A stretch of 64,000 bases of DNA from Planctomycetota bacterium (lineage in GTDB: Bacteria; Planctomycetota; UBA8108; SXIK01): assembly GCA_965223265.1 (NCBI GenBank), contig OZ244999.1, positions 4,320,001 to 4,384,000 on the forward strand, in the 5' to 3' direction. Of the stretch, positions 10,164 to 19,302 are shown one piece after another. Every line of letters starts with the position of its first letter. Position 1 is the stretch's first letter. The notes under the pieces are model-generated. The model was not told the origin of the DNA and searched no databases. It worked only from the letters and a program-made list of their open reading frames with translations. A program made the position numbers and the translations under genes.

Positions 10164-12289
10164 TTGGGGGACCGGACGATCCGCACCGATCGACGTTTCA
10201 CACTCGCCGCAGGAATCGGCGGCGTTGCCGCCGTGCTGACGCTGGCGTTCACCGCCCTGCGACCGAAGGACAGTGAGACCAACTGGATCCGACAGCTCTA
10301 CTCGCAGGACGCAGCCGCCGTCGATTCGGCGGCTGACGAGCTTGTGCGCCTCAAGTGTACTCGCGCGATTCCCGACCTCCTGTGGGCGCTTACAGACCGC
10401 GACGATGTGTTTCCGTCGTCCGGTTCGGTGCCGAACTACCGCGTCGTTCAAGCCTTCGAACCCGCGCAGTTGAGAGGTCTCGTCACCGCCGCAGCGCGCG
10501 TTGCACGGGAATCGCAGATGCAGGCGACCCGCGAGCTGCCGACGCTTCGGCGTGCTTTGCAGCACCCGCGCAGCGAAGTCGCCTGTGCTGCGCTGCTGGC
10601 ACTTACGGAGCTCGGCGAGGCCGCGGTGAGCGCGCTACCCGATGTGCTCGAGTTGCTGAACCACGGCGCCGATCAAACGGTCGCCGAGGCGACGCGCCAG
10701 CATTTGGCGTCTCGCTGCTTCAAAGCGCTGGGTGCAAATCTCGATGTCGAAGCGCTCGTGCAGCTCATCCCTGAGGGTCTGTGGAGAATGGATCATGTCG
10801 CGTGGAACGTCCGCCCCCTCTTGGAGCCCAGCCGCGACGCGCTGCGACCGTTCATGTCCTCAACTCGGGAAGAAATTCGCGAGCTCGGAATCCACCTCGC
10901 GGGCACGTTTCTCTATTCCACTCCCGAGTCGCTCGACGCGCCGGATTCCCCGGTGTCGGTTTTGATCGAAGGAACACAGGACGTCAGCGCCGTCGTGCGG
11001 GCGGCGGCCCTCTACTCACTCGCTGAGTACCCATCGGTCTTATCCGAAAGTCTTCTCAGATTCGCGGTTTCGGCATTGTCTGACATCGAGACGCGCGACG
11101 CGGCCACCGCAGCGATCACCGCAGTCCAACATCGCGCCGCGGTTATCCTCCCGAACGTCATGCGCTTGCTGGAATTGGACGACGTGGGCGTACGCGCCAC
11201 GGCAGCGGAGACTCTTGGAGCGATGGCGCCGTTCGGTGAACAAAGCCTTCCGCTTCTCGTGCGAGCGCTCAAGGACGAGAACCAACTCGTCCGCGAGACC
11301 GCCGCCGAAAGCCTCGTAGAGTATGGTTGGCGCTGCGCCAGCGTTGTGAGTACTACGGATCTACTGCAGGCATCTCGCGATGCGCTCCCGAACGTTCGGT
11401 CCTCAATCGCTACAGTTATGGGGTTGCTCCCCCAAAAAACCTCGGCCGTACACACTCGGCTGGTCGAACTCCTGGATGACGTCGACGCGGACGTCCGCAA
11501 GGCGACCGTGCGCGCGCTTGGCAACTGTCTCGAGGATGGCGCTGATGCGGTCGAACTTCTCGTCGCGGTGCGCGCGCACGCCGAAACAGAAGAGCTCGAA
11601 GACCTGACCGCTGAGGCGAACGCAGCTCTGCTGCGGATCGGGTCGATCGATGAACGCCTGGTGCAGCTGCGAGAGGAAGACGTCACTGGAATACGCCCGC
11701 CGCTGCCGCCTACACTCTCGGCGAGATTGGCTCGATCAACCACGACATCATACGCGAGCTTTGCGGCGCGCTCACGCACCCGGTCGAACGCGTTCGCGAG
11801 GAAGCGGCCACGGCGCTCGGCAAGCTGACGGCGCACGCATGCCTCGCCGTCCCAGCGCTCGCCAGACGACTTCGGGACCCACGGTACGAGGTGCGACGAG
11901 CCGCCGCGTGGGCGTTAGGACGCTTCGGATTTGAAGCCGCGTCGTCGGTGGACGAACTTCTGGTTGCTTGCGAAGACGAGGACGAGCGAGTTCGCCTCGC
12001 CGCGACCGAAGCCGTCGGACGCATCGAAGCCGACGCCGAAGATGTCGTGCCGGCGCTCGTCGCTCGCCTGGACGAAGACGACGCGCGACTGCGCGTCGCA
12101 GCCCTCGAATCTCTCAGGGCATATAGAGACGCGTGGGAATTCGTCGCGGCTGAGTTCGCTGGCGAGATGGCGAAGCTCTTGGACGACCACAGCGATCGGG
12201 TCCGCGCTGCTGCTGAGCGCACCTGGGCCGCGATGGAGTCGACGTCCGAAGCCCTGAGTCGTCGCAACTCACACAAGCCCGGCAGCTGA
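10164..12289 (+). pseudogene. HEAT-repeat membrane-anchored protein with a 1-nt frameshift near 11697 (pseudogene or sequencing error)
   Basis: HEAT units (VRATAAETLG, VRKATVRALG) continue in the -1 frame after GIR: AAAAYTLGEIG...VREEAATALG...EVRRAAAWALG, joining ORF 11891-12289. Confidence 0.8.
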
Positions 12290-12452
12290 GCGACCCGACC
12301 TCGAGTTTGGACGTCTTGCGCTGGACTGTCCGGAGGAGTTCAGTGGGATGCAGAGGCTTTTCTCACTTTTTGCTCCCCTGAGCATGTTTTGTGAACGGAA
12401 AAACAGCAGGGGCATCCCATTGTTGCAAAAGAGAAGCAACGCCAGGCCATGC

Positions 12453-12555
12453 GCGTTTGCGTTTGCGTTTGCGTTTGCGTTTGCGTTTGCGTGGGCGTGG
12501 GCGTGGGCGTGGGCGTGGGCGTGGGCGTGGGCGTTTGCGGGGGGCGTGGGCGGGG
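12453..12555. repeat. Compound hexanucleotide microsatellite (GCGTTT)6(GCGTGG)7 plus degenerate units
   Basis: Read directly. Intergenic. Confidence 0.95.
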
Positions 12556-12842
12556 AGCGTCTGTTCAGAACGGCAGCGCACGCCGCGTGCGATCCGGATC
12601 ATCGAGGCGGCTCTTACGCCCTGCGCTGGCACTCACGGCGAGCGGCCGCTCGCCCCAGTCGCGCTTCCCGTGAGTCAGCAACTGACGAAACTGGTTCATG
12701 GTGGCACGCTTCCCTGCTGCGGCGTAGACTGCCAGATGGGAGGAGACGAAGAGCTCGCAACGTGCACGACACGCCCCCGCGGTGTGCGAGTCCGGCCTGC
12801 CTTCGGTCGGACGCGCCACGCTGAAGATCGAGAGCCATCGAC

Positions 12843-13538
12843 ATGAAGCCACACGATCCAGCGCGCCGACGGAAACGCCGTCTCGGCCTGGCCCTCGGAA
12901 TCGTCGCTGCGGCCGTGATCGTAGCAGTGCTCCTGTCGCCGAGCGTCCAAAACCGCGTGCGGTTCGCTTGGCGATTCGCCAAGATCGGCGGTGACCGTTT
13001 CGTCGCTCTCTACCGCGAGCGCGACACCAGCTCCGAGTGGTGGTTGATTCATCCGGAGGCGTTTTCCGATGCAGAAAAGACGGTCGCGTTCGGCGACTTC
13101 GTTAACGCCGGTGATCGCGTCCGCCGCTACGTCAAGAGACATGGCCGTCCGCTTCTCGTTCGCGCTGACGAGTTTCACCCGCTGACGATGACGTCGGGGC
13201 TCTTCGGGGGCTACACGAGCCCGTTTCGCGTGAATGCGAGCTCGATTCGCCTCCACCACCGTTCTGGAACCACCAACTCGACACTGTTAGCGTCAGCTCT
13301 CGGGGATGTCGGTCGGCTCCGGCTGGCGCACGGCCAATTGTGGGAGCCGCAGGTGAGCCTCGAACGCGCCAACCGAGGCTCGATCGAAGACCGACTCGGA
13401 GTGACGATCCGGCGGGTGCCAGCGCCGGACGGTCGTGAGGCGCTCGAAGTATCCGACACACCGCGGTCTCGCGGCGCACCACACTCCGAGACTTTCCTGC
13501 CGCCCGGGATCAACTCCTCAGCTCAGACCACGAGTTGA
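12843..13538 (+). CDS. Hypothetical single-pass membrane protein, paralog A
   Basis: Basic N-terminus plus TM helix. QNRVRFAWRFAKI...ALYRER...EWWLIHPEA is shared with 14297-14917. Confidence 0.7.
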   Translation: MKPHDPARRRKRRLGLALGIVAAAVIVAVLLSPSVQNRVRFAWRFAKIGGDRFVALYRERDTSSEWWLIHPEAFSDAEKTVAFGDFVNAGDRVRRYVKRHGRPLLVRADEFHPLTMTSGLFGGYTSPFRVNASSIRLHHRSGTTNSTLLASALGDVGRLRLAHGQLWEPQVSLERANRGSIEDRLGVTIRRVPAPDGREALEVSDTPRSRGAPHSETFLPPGINSSAQTTS

Positions 13539-13598
13539 ACCGAGGTTTCAAGCTCGGCGTCACTCACTCGTCCCTCATCTCGTTTGCTCATTGAGAAA

Positions 13599-13667
13599 GT
13601 AGCAGGCACACTCCTGTGTGCCGTCTGCTCCCTTTCTTTCTACGGCACACAGGCGTGTGCCTGCTAC
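13599..13667. repeat. Inverted REP doublet (REPIN-like)
   Basis: GTAGCAGGCACACTCCTGTGTGCCGT (13599-13624) and an inverted copy ACGGCACACAGGCGTGTGCCTGCTAC (13642-13667). Confidence 0.85.
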
Positions 13668-13760
13668 GATGTTGAAGCTCACTCGCCAAGGCGATCAACC
13701 ACTGTGCCCCCAAGCTCCCGAATCCACGGTCGAATATTGAACCAGGTAGCTCCTCAACGA

Positions 13761-14240
13761 ATGGCGCCATGCGGTGCTGCCAGCTCCGCCTTCCCGCGTC
13801 TGACACCGCGGGCGGTATACCTGGCGCTCTGCTGGCTTGCTCTCGTAAGTGGTTCGGTTGCCTCCGAAAGCGCCAGTCCCGGTGCGGGAAACGTGACCGT
13901 CCGAATCGACACGCCAATGCCCCCTCCCGCTTGGGCTCTCCTCGAACGGGAGCTGCTGCGCGCCAACACTCACGCCTGCGAAGAGTTCTTCGCGCGCTAC
14001 TTCGATGCGCGGGGATACCTTCAGTGCGTCGTGCGCTGGGGAGGCATCGATGGTCCAGACGATGCCATCGAAAGCGTGGCCGAATGGACCCTACTGCACG
14101 CACTCGGCGGGCCAGACATTCTTCTCGACATGTACAGGAAAGCATGGGAGGGCCACCTGCGCCAGTACACCGAGGCGCGCACCGTGCAGGTGGAGTACGC
14201 CCGCGACGGGATGTACTACAAAGAATTCCCCACTCAACTG
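13761..14240 (+). pseudogene. N-terminal fragment of a secreted hypothetical protein
   Basis: Signal peptide, then protein-like PPAWALLERELL...RWGGIDGPDDAIE...AWEGHLRQYT...GMYYKEFP. After that the frame loses coding character and runs out of frame over the next gene. Confidence 0.55.
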
Positions 14241-14296
14241 AGTGCAGTGACTGGCGCTGCAAGTGATCTCTCCTTCGCAAGCCCAGGAGCAAGGAA

Positions 14297-14917
14297 TTGC
14301 ATGCCCATCTACAAGCGCCCCGAACAGCGCGTCGCGTTGGCCTCGCGCTCGGTCTTGCCGCTGCAGTGGTCGCCGGCGTGCTCCTACTATCGTCGAACAT
14401 CCAGAATCGACTGCGGTTCGCGTGGCGATTCGCCAAGATCGACGGCAATGACTCCATCGCGCTCTACCGCGAGCGCGCCACCGGCGACGAGTGGTGGCTG
14501 ATCCACCCGGAGGCGCTGACCGACGCGGAAGGAATCTTTGCCGGGGACGGAGACCGTCTTCGACGGTACGCGAAGAAGCGTAACCTGCCGCTCGTCGTCC
14601 GGAACGCGTGCAACCCCAAACGATTGGCGGCGCTCCTCGTGGGCGAGCGCGAGTTGGGCCTACGGATCTCTTACGCCCGCGGAATTGCACACGAATTCCG
14701 TTTCTGGGGGCCCATCGACACGAGCGATCACGGGACGGAAAACCGCCTTGGCCTGAGGACCCGCGCCGCGTTCACGCCCCGAGGCGAAGCAGCGATCGAG
14801 GTGAGCCCGAAGTACAGGGTTCTAAGAATACGTCAAAAACAGGTGTCGTTCGGTCCTCCGAACTACATCGACTCCGGCTCTGTCCTCGAAGTCAGGCTGT
14901 CGCATATCACGGAATGA
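14297..14917 (+). CDS. Hypothetical single-pass membrane protein, paralog B
   Basis: TTG start with AGGAG/AAGGA upstream. The N-terminal ~80 aa are clearly homologous to 12843-13538. Confidence 0.7.
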   Translation: MHAHLQAPRTARRVGLALGLAAAVVAGVLLLSSNIQNRLRFAWRFAKIDGNDSIALYRERATGDEWWLIHPEALTDAEGIFAGDGDRLRRYAKKRNLPLVVRNACNPKRLAALLVGERELGLRISYARGIAHEFRFWGPIDTSDHGTENRLGLRTRAAFTPRGEAAIEVSPKYRVLRIRQKQVSFGPPNYIDSGSVLEVRLSHITE

Positions 14918-14944
14918 TCGCAAACGAGACACGAAACCGAGCGC

Positions 14945-15673
14945 TCACTCCTCCAGCGCCGGATCAAGCCGACGCACCCGTCTCGCCTCCCGCACGCCGA
15001 GCGCGTGGGTGGCGACGAAGAGCGGGACGAAGAGAATCAGACAGACGAACGTCACTAAGAGCGTGCCATCGAAGTCGGTGAGAAAGCGCCCCACCGAGCG
15101 CAGGCTGTCCGGCACTTGATTCCAAGCGAAGTAGCTGAACCCGCGCGCCGCGCCGGGGACCCACAGTCCAGCGGCGAGCCCACCGCTTGCGATCACTCCG
15201 AGTGCCAGACCGCCGCAGGCGAAGACTCCGGCAGCAGCCGCGGCAAAGGCAAAACCGAGCGGCACGCAAGCTGCAGCACCCCAAGCGAAAAAGAGGCTCG
15301 CAACGAGCCCTCCCATGCCCACGAGTCCGATGGCCACGCCACCGAAGGCGAAGAGCCCGCAGGCCACACCGCCGAACGCAAACACGCCGACGGCCCGCGG
15401 TCCCACCGCCACAACACCTCGCGCCGTACCGTGCGTTCTGACGTCGATCAGCGGCAAACGCGGCCTGAGCATGTAACCGACTGTGCGGGGCGGGCCGTGA
15501 TCCTCAATCGCTTGGAAGACCGCATCGGCTTCGCCGACGCCACTCGCCATCAAGTGTGCTACCTTCGCTTCGAGGTGGTCTTGCAACTCCGCGCGCACGC
15601 CCGCCGCATCCTCGGGTCGACGATTGGCATAGATCATCACTCGGTCGAGGTATTTCTCCAGCGCTCGGCTCAT
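14945..15673 (-). CDS. Membrane protein with a permease-prefix (HAAS-like) N-terminal domain and Gly-rich TM repeats
   Basis: LEKYLDRV...ELQDHLEAKVAHL..SG..EADAV..AI..HG motif. ARGVVAVG and GVFAFGG repeats. ATGA overlap with the PadR gene. Confidence 0.8.
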   Translation of the reverse strand: MSRALEKYLDRVMIYANRRPEDAAGVRAELQDHLEAKVAHLMASGVGEADAVFQAIEDHGPPRTVGYMLRPRLPLIDVRTHGTARGVVAVGPRAVGVFAFGGVACGLFAFGGVAIGLVGMGGLVASLFFAWGAAACVPLGFAFAAAAAGVFACGGLALGVIASGGLAAGLWVPGAARGFSYFAWNQVPDSLRSVGRFLTDFDGTLLVTFVCLILFVPLFVATHALGVREARRVRRLDPALEE

Positions 15674-16035
15674 GCATAGCCTCCTTTCGCTTGTGCGCGC
15701 CCACCAGCGTCCGGCCCGAGCAGGTTTTGCATCACCTGCACCAACCCCTGCCACTGCTGGCGGTTCTCGTTCAAAGCTTTGCGCCCGCGGGCGCTCAATC
15801 GGTAGTACTTGCGCTCGCGACCGTTTTCCCCCTTGGACCAAGTCGCCGTGATCAACTCGCGCTCTTCCATGCGATGGAGCACTGGATAGATCGTGCCCTC
15901 TCCGAGCCGCAGAAGTCCTTCGGCGCGAACATTCAGATCCTGCACGATCTGGTAGCCGTAGCTCGGTCCAGCTTCAAGGACCGCCATGATCAGCGTCTCG
16001 ACGTTGCCGTCGAGTGTCTTCTTCTTCAAGTGCAT
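15670..16035 (-). CDS. PadR family transcriptional regulator
   Basis: Motifs SYGYQI, EGTIYPVLHRME, RERKYYRLSARG. AGGA upstream. Confidence 0.93.
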   Translation of the reverse strand: MHLKKKTLDGNVETLIMAVLEAGPSYGYQIVQDLNVRAEGLLRLGEGTIYPVLHRMEERELITATWSKGENGRERKYYRLSARGRKALNENRQQWQGLVQVMQNLLGPDAGGRAQAKGGYA

Positions 16036-16145
16036 AGGAGTTGTTGCGTCCTTTGCCTTGCTCCGTCTAAGTGATAGGTTCGCGGTCGTAGATCACACCG
16101 CGTCGCACAGAACGCCGCCGCCCCAGTGCTTCCTCATCAAACCGG

Positions 16146-16198
16146 ATACCTGACGCTGTCAGGCCTCTATACCTTATGGTGACAGGTATACGATTTCA
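16146..16198 (-). promoter_or_regulatory. Sigma70-type promoter overlapped by tandem palindromic operator candidates (probable PadR autoregulation)
   Basis: Minus strand TTGAAA-N17-TAAGGT. Palindromes ATACCT-N9-AGGCCT (16146-16166) and TATACCT-N9-AGGTATA (16168-16190). Confidence 0.65.
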
Positions 16199-16300
16199 AC
16201 CAAAAACCCTCGAGCGGCAACAGACTCTTGTTTTCCCGTTCTCGAACCAGGCGTCATCGGCTGAGCGCTCCACTGCGTTTTCACTGCCAACCTAACCTAA

Positions 16301-16479
16301 CAGCCTGTTGAGAAAGTGCTTCGCGCTGAAAACTGGTCGCTTCGCGTCCAGATCAGCCGCGGCGAACGCAGGTAATCTCCGAGCCCTCTTCTATAAGATA
16401 TACACGGCGAGGCTCGCCGCCGCTGATCTGGGCGTGAAGAGGCCGGTTTCTCAGCCGAATGACTTTTTCAGGCGGGCTG
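16301..16479 (-). mobile_element. 179-bp diverged member of the same MITE family
   Basis: CAGCCTGTTGAGAAAGTGCTTCG...GAATGACTTTTTCAGGCGGGCTG. CTAA duplication at 16297-16300 and 16480-16483. The core differs from copies 1 and 2. Confidence 0.88.
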
Positions 16480-16751
16480 CTAACTCAACAGTGCTCAGTG
16501 GGAACCTTTCATCAGCCGACAACCGGCGAGCTGCCACCTGCCTCCACCGGTGATCGCCCGACAGACATCATCGCCGTCACATACACTTCAGACTAAAATC
16601 AAGACGTCCGAGGAGCTCAGCGGGCGGCTTTTCGTTGAAGCGACGAACGCCTTTCAGTTCCTCCGGTGTGTAAGGGGTCTCCGCGCCTGCACAGAAGCGT
16701 ATATGATCTGAAGGCGACGGAAGAACGAGATACGAAGAGAGCAGAGACGCT

Positions 16752-17810
16752 GTGAATCTACAGGACCCCGGAGGTCGCGGTTTTCCACGTCTCGTGGGCC
16801 TGGTTTTGATCGCGACTTCGATTGGGCTGACGCCGTGCGACACCACCCCGGATGTTCCGACTGCACTCCGTTTCTCTCGACTGCGAAGCTTCGGTGACCA
16901 CGTGTGGTCACTGGACTTCAGCATGGATGGGAAGCGCTTGGCTTGCGGGGGAAGGTGGACTTCAAACCTGTCCCTTTGGGAAGTCGCCACGGGCAAGCGC
17001 ACCCAAGACTATTCGCTGGAAAACGCCGAAGGTGTCAATCACGTCTCCCTGAGCCCGGACGGTCAGTTTCTAGCCGCCTCCTACAAGCTCCGGGGACTGG
17101 TCCTTTGGGACCTAAGTTCCGAGAGACAGGTATCAGTCCCCCGCGAGCTCGAGACTCGTTCCAGCGCTTACGCCAAGTTCTCTCCGGACAGCAAAACTCT
17201 CGCGGTCAAAGGAGACGACGGATCGACGTTGGAACTATGGCACGCCTCAAGTCTCCGGAGATCCAGGATTTTGGGACCACACGCTGGCGGCCTCTTCTGC
17301 TTCTCGTTCAGCCCGGACGGAAAGTCAGTTGCTGTCTCCGAACGGGGTAGACGCATCCGATGGTGGGATGTCAGCGACGGCAGGGAGCTGTCCGCCGTCG
17401 ACACGGAGGACAACGTCAAGGTCCTTGCCTTTTCTCCCGACGGCCGTAGCCTCGCATGGAGTTCAGGGTCGAACGCAACGGTGGTTGTCTGGGACCTCGG
17501 AAAGCGTCGAAGAATCAACACGCTCGAGCACGTGAACGCCATGGTCTCTGATCTGGCCTTCAGCCCAAACGGCGAGGTTCTAGTCAGCACGAGTCGTGGT
17601 GGCGTTCCTCTGGCAAGAAACGCAAAAGTCTGGGAGTTTCGCACAGGACGGGTACTTCAAACTCTGCCATGGAACGGCGGGATGCTGTGGGATGCCGCCT
17701 TCAGCCGTGACGGGACCGTCCTCGCGCTGGGTGGAGAAGGAGGAGTGACGCTATGGGGCTTGAAAGGAATGGTAGAGCAGGGGAATCTTAGAGATCCTCG
17801 TCGGTCATGA
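16752..17810 (+). CDS. WD40-repeat beta-propeller protein
   Basis: About 7 repeats of the type LAFSPDG...LA...V.LWD. N-terminal hydrophobic segment. Confidence 0.9.
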   Translation: MNLQDPGGRGFPRLVGLVLIATSIGLTPCDTTPDVPTALRFSRLRSFGDHVWSLDFSMDGKRLACGGRWTSNLSLWEVATGKRTQDYSLENAEGVNHVSLSPDGQFLAASYKLRGLVLWDLSSERQVSVPRELETRSSAYAKFSPDSKTLAVKGDDGSTLELWHASSLRRSRILGPHAGGLFCFSFSPDGKSVAVSERGRRIRWWDVSDGRELSAVDTEDNVKVLAFSPDGRSLAWSSGSNATVVVWDLGKRRRINTLEHVNAMVSDLAFSPNGEVLVSTSRGGVPLARNAKVWEFRTGRVLQTLPWNGGMLWDAAFSRDGTVLALGGEGGVTLWGLKGMVEQGNLRDPRRS

Positions 17811-19302
17811 GATCCCTAATCGATGCCTCGTCGAGCCGACGGAGTCGATTCGCCAACCCGAGTATTCCGACCGCAGCCATTACTGCGGCCACGACGAACA
17901 CGGCCGTTGGACTACCGCGGAAGAGAACGCTAGCGCATAGGAGCGTCGGAACCAAGAAGAGGTGCTTCAGTGACGTCTCGGAGATCCCCGGTAGGCCACG
18001 GTAACCGGCGCGGAGAAGGAATGTGGCTGCAATCCCGGCCAGCGCGGCGAGGCCTGCCCATGTCCCACTCGTGCACGCAAGTGTAACGGTGCCGACCATC
18101 ATCGTGGGCAGCATCGCGCAGAAGAATAGCGACTTGAGATTGAAGAGAATCTGGTCGCGAAAGTCGACACCTAGGAGGTAGAGGTGTTCAGCGTCATCGG
18201 AGTCCGGGCCACCGGTCACGAAGACACGGGCAGCGAAGAATCCGGCAGCCAGCGGCATGAGAAGCGGTGGCAGGTCCCAGTTTGTAGCGACCACGGCGAT
18301 GGCGGCTAAGAGCGGGCCGCGCAGGAGTAACGCTACGGAGAGAACCAATACCGAAATCCAGTCAATGGAGCCGCGCAATCCCGGGAAGCGCAACGAGTCT
18401 CTCAGGGACCACCACCAGAGGAGGAGCCGTCCTCCGAACAACCCGTGCGGGGCTGAGGGTGAAGGAAGTGTGAACGTTGACAAGACTTCATTGGTCGATG
18501 CCGGAGTGTTTTCCGACTCTTCGCGAGGACTTCTGCGAAACGATTCACAAGTCTCAGCGAGTTCGATAGCCACACGAATCATCACGCCCGTTATCAGGAG
18601 CACGATGACAAGAAAGAACCCTCCGAGACGAACAACGATTTCGTAGAACTCGAGATCGAGTAGACCCGGCAGCGCTGCACAGAATCCCAGAAGCGTAAGC
18701 CCCCAGAGGAATCCTACGACTCTGGATGCCACTACCAGACGCCGAACGGACGGGCGCAACGGCTCCGCACGAGCGTACAACTCGTCGTAGAATGTGTCGG
18801 TGAGCACGAGGACAGGGGTCACCGCGACGGCCACGATGAACAGGAAACTGTCGACGACGCCGAGCGTCGTGAAGTAGGCAATTTTGATCGCGGCAACGAT
18901 CGACCACGATATACCCATCCCGAGAGCCCAGCGGAGCTTTCCCAACCAGCGAATCGCGATGAAGCCGCGTCTGGTCGGCATCCGAAGCAATTCGAAATCA
19001 CTCGCGAGTCCTCCGAAGCGAAGCGTGCCCGGCTTAATAATCAGCACGAAGAATGCCGTCAAGAGCCAACCCCATGCCCAACTCCCCGTGACCGCCAAAT
19101 ATGCAAAGAGCGGAGGTAGTCCCATGAGGCTCAGCACGGAGACCGTCGCGACGAGTCCGATGACCTCCCCCAGAGTGTATTCGGATATCTTCTGAAGGAC
19201 CGATCGCTCTTCGGCTTGCTCGCTCCGATAGGTCTTCCAGACCTCACGCTCGTGTCGTAGGAGAGTACGGGTTTCTCTGACCTCCGAGAGGATGCTGCTC
19301 AC
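17788..19302 (-). CDS. Multi-pass membrane protein, probable ABC exporter permease
   Basis: Many TM helices. GTGA overlap with the ABC ATPase gene. Confidence 0.7.
   Translation of the reverse strand: MSSILSEVRETRTLLRHEREVWKTYRSEQAEERSVLQKISEYTLGEVIGLVATVSVLSLMGLPPLFAYLAVTGSWAWGWLLTAFFVLIIKPGTLRFGGLASDFELLRMPTRRGFIAIRWLGKLRWALGMGISWSIVAAIKIAYFTTLGVVDSFLFIVAVAVTPVLVLTDTFYDELYARAEPLRPSVRRLVVASRVVGFLWGLTLLGFCAALPGLLDLEFYEIVVRLGGFFLVIVLLITGVMIRVAIELAETCESFRRSPREESENTPASTNEVLSTFTLPSPSAPHGLFGGRLLLWWWSLRDSLRFPGLRGSIDWISVLVLSVALLLRGPLLAAIAVVATNWDLPPLLMPLAAGFFAARVFVTGGPDSDDAEHLYLLGVDFRDQILFNLKSLFFCAMLPTMMVGTVTLACTSGTWAGLAALAGIAATFLLRAGYRGLPGISETSLKHLFLVPTLLCASVLFRGSPTAVFVVAAVMAAVGILGLANRLRRLDEASIRDLMTDEDL

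Noticed and set aside
12348-12846. ORFs encoding AFAFAW, RLRLRG or VCVCVG dipeptide runs
   Set aside because: These are translations of the microsatellite, and the flanking sequence has no protein-like character.
12843-14917. Diversity-generating retroelement
   Set aside because: There is no reverse transcriptase and no TR/VR pair with adenine-specific mismatches in the window.
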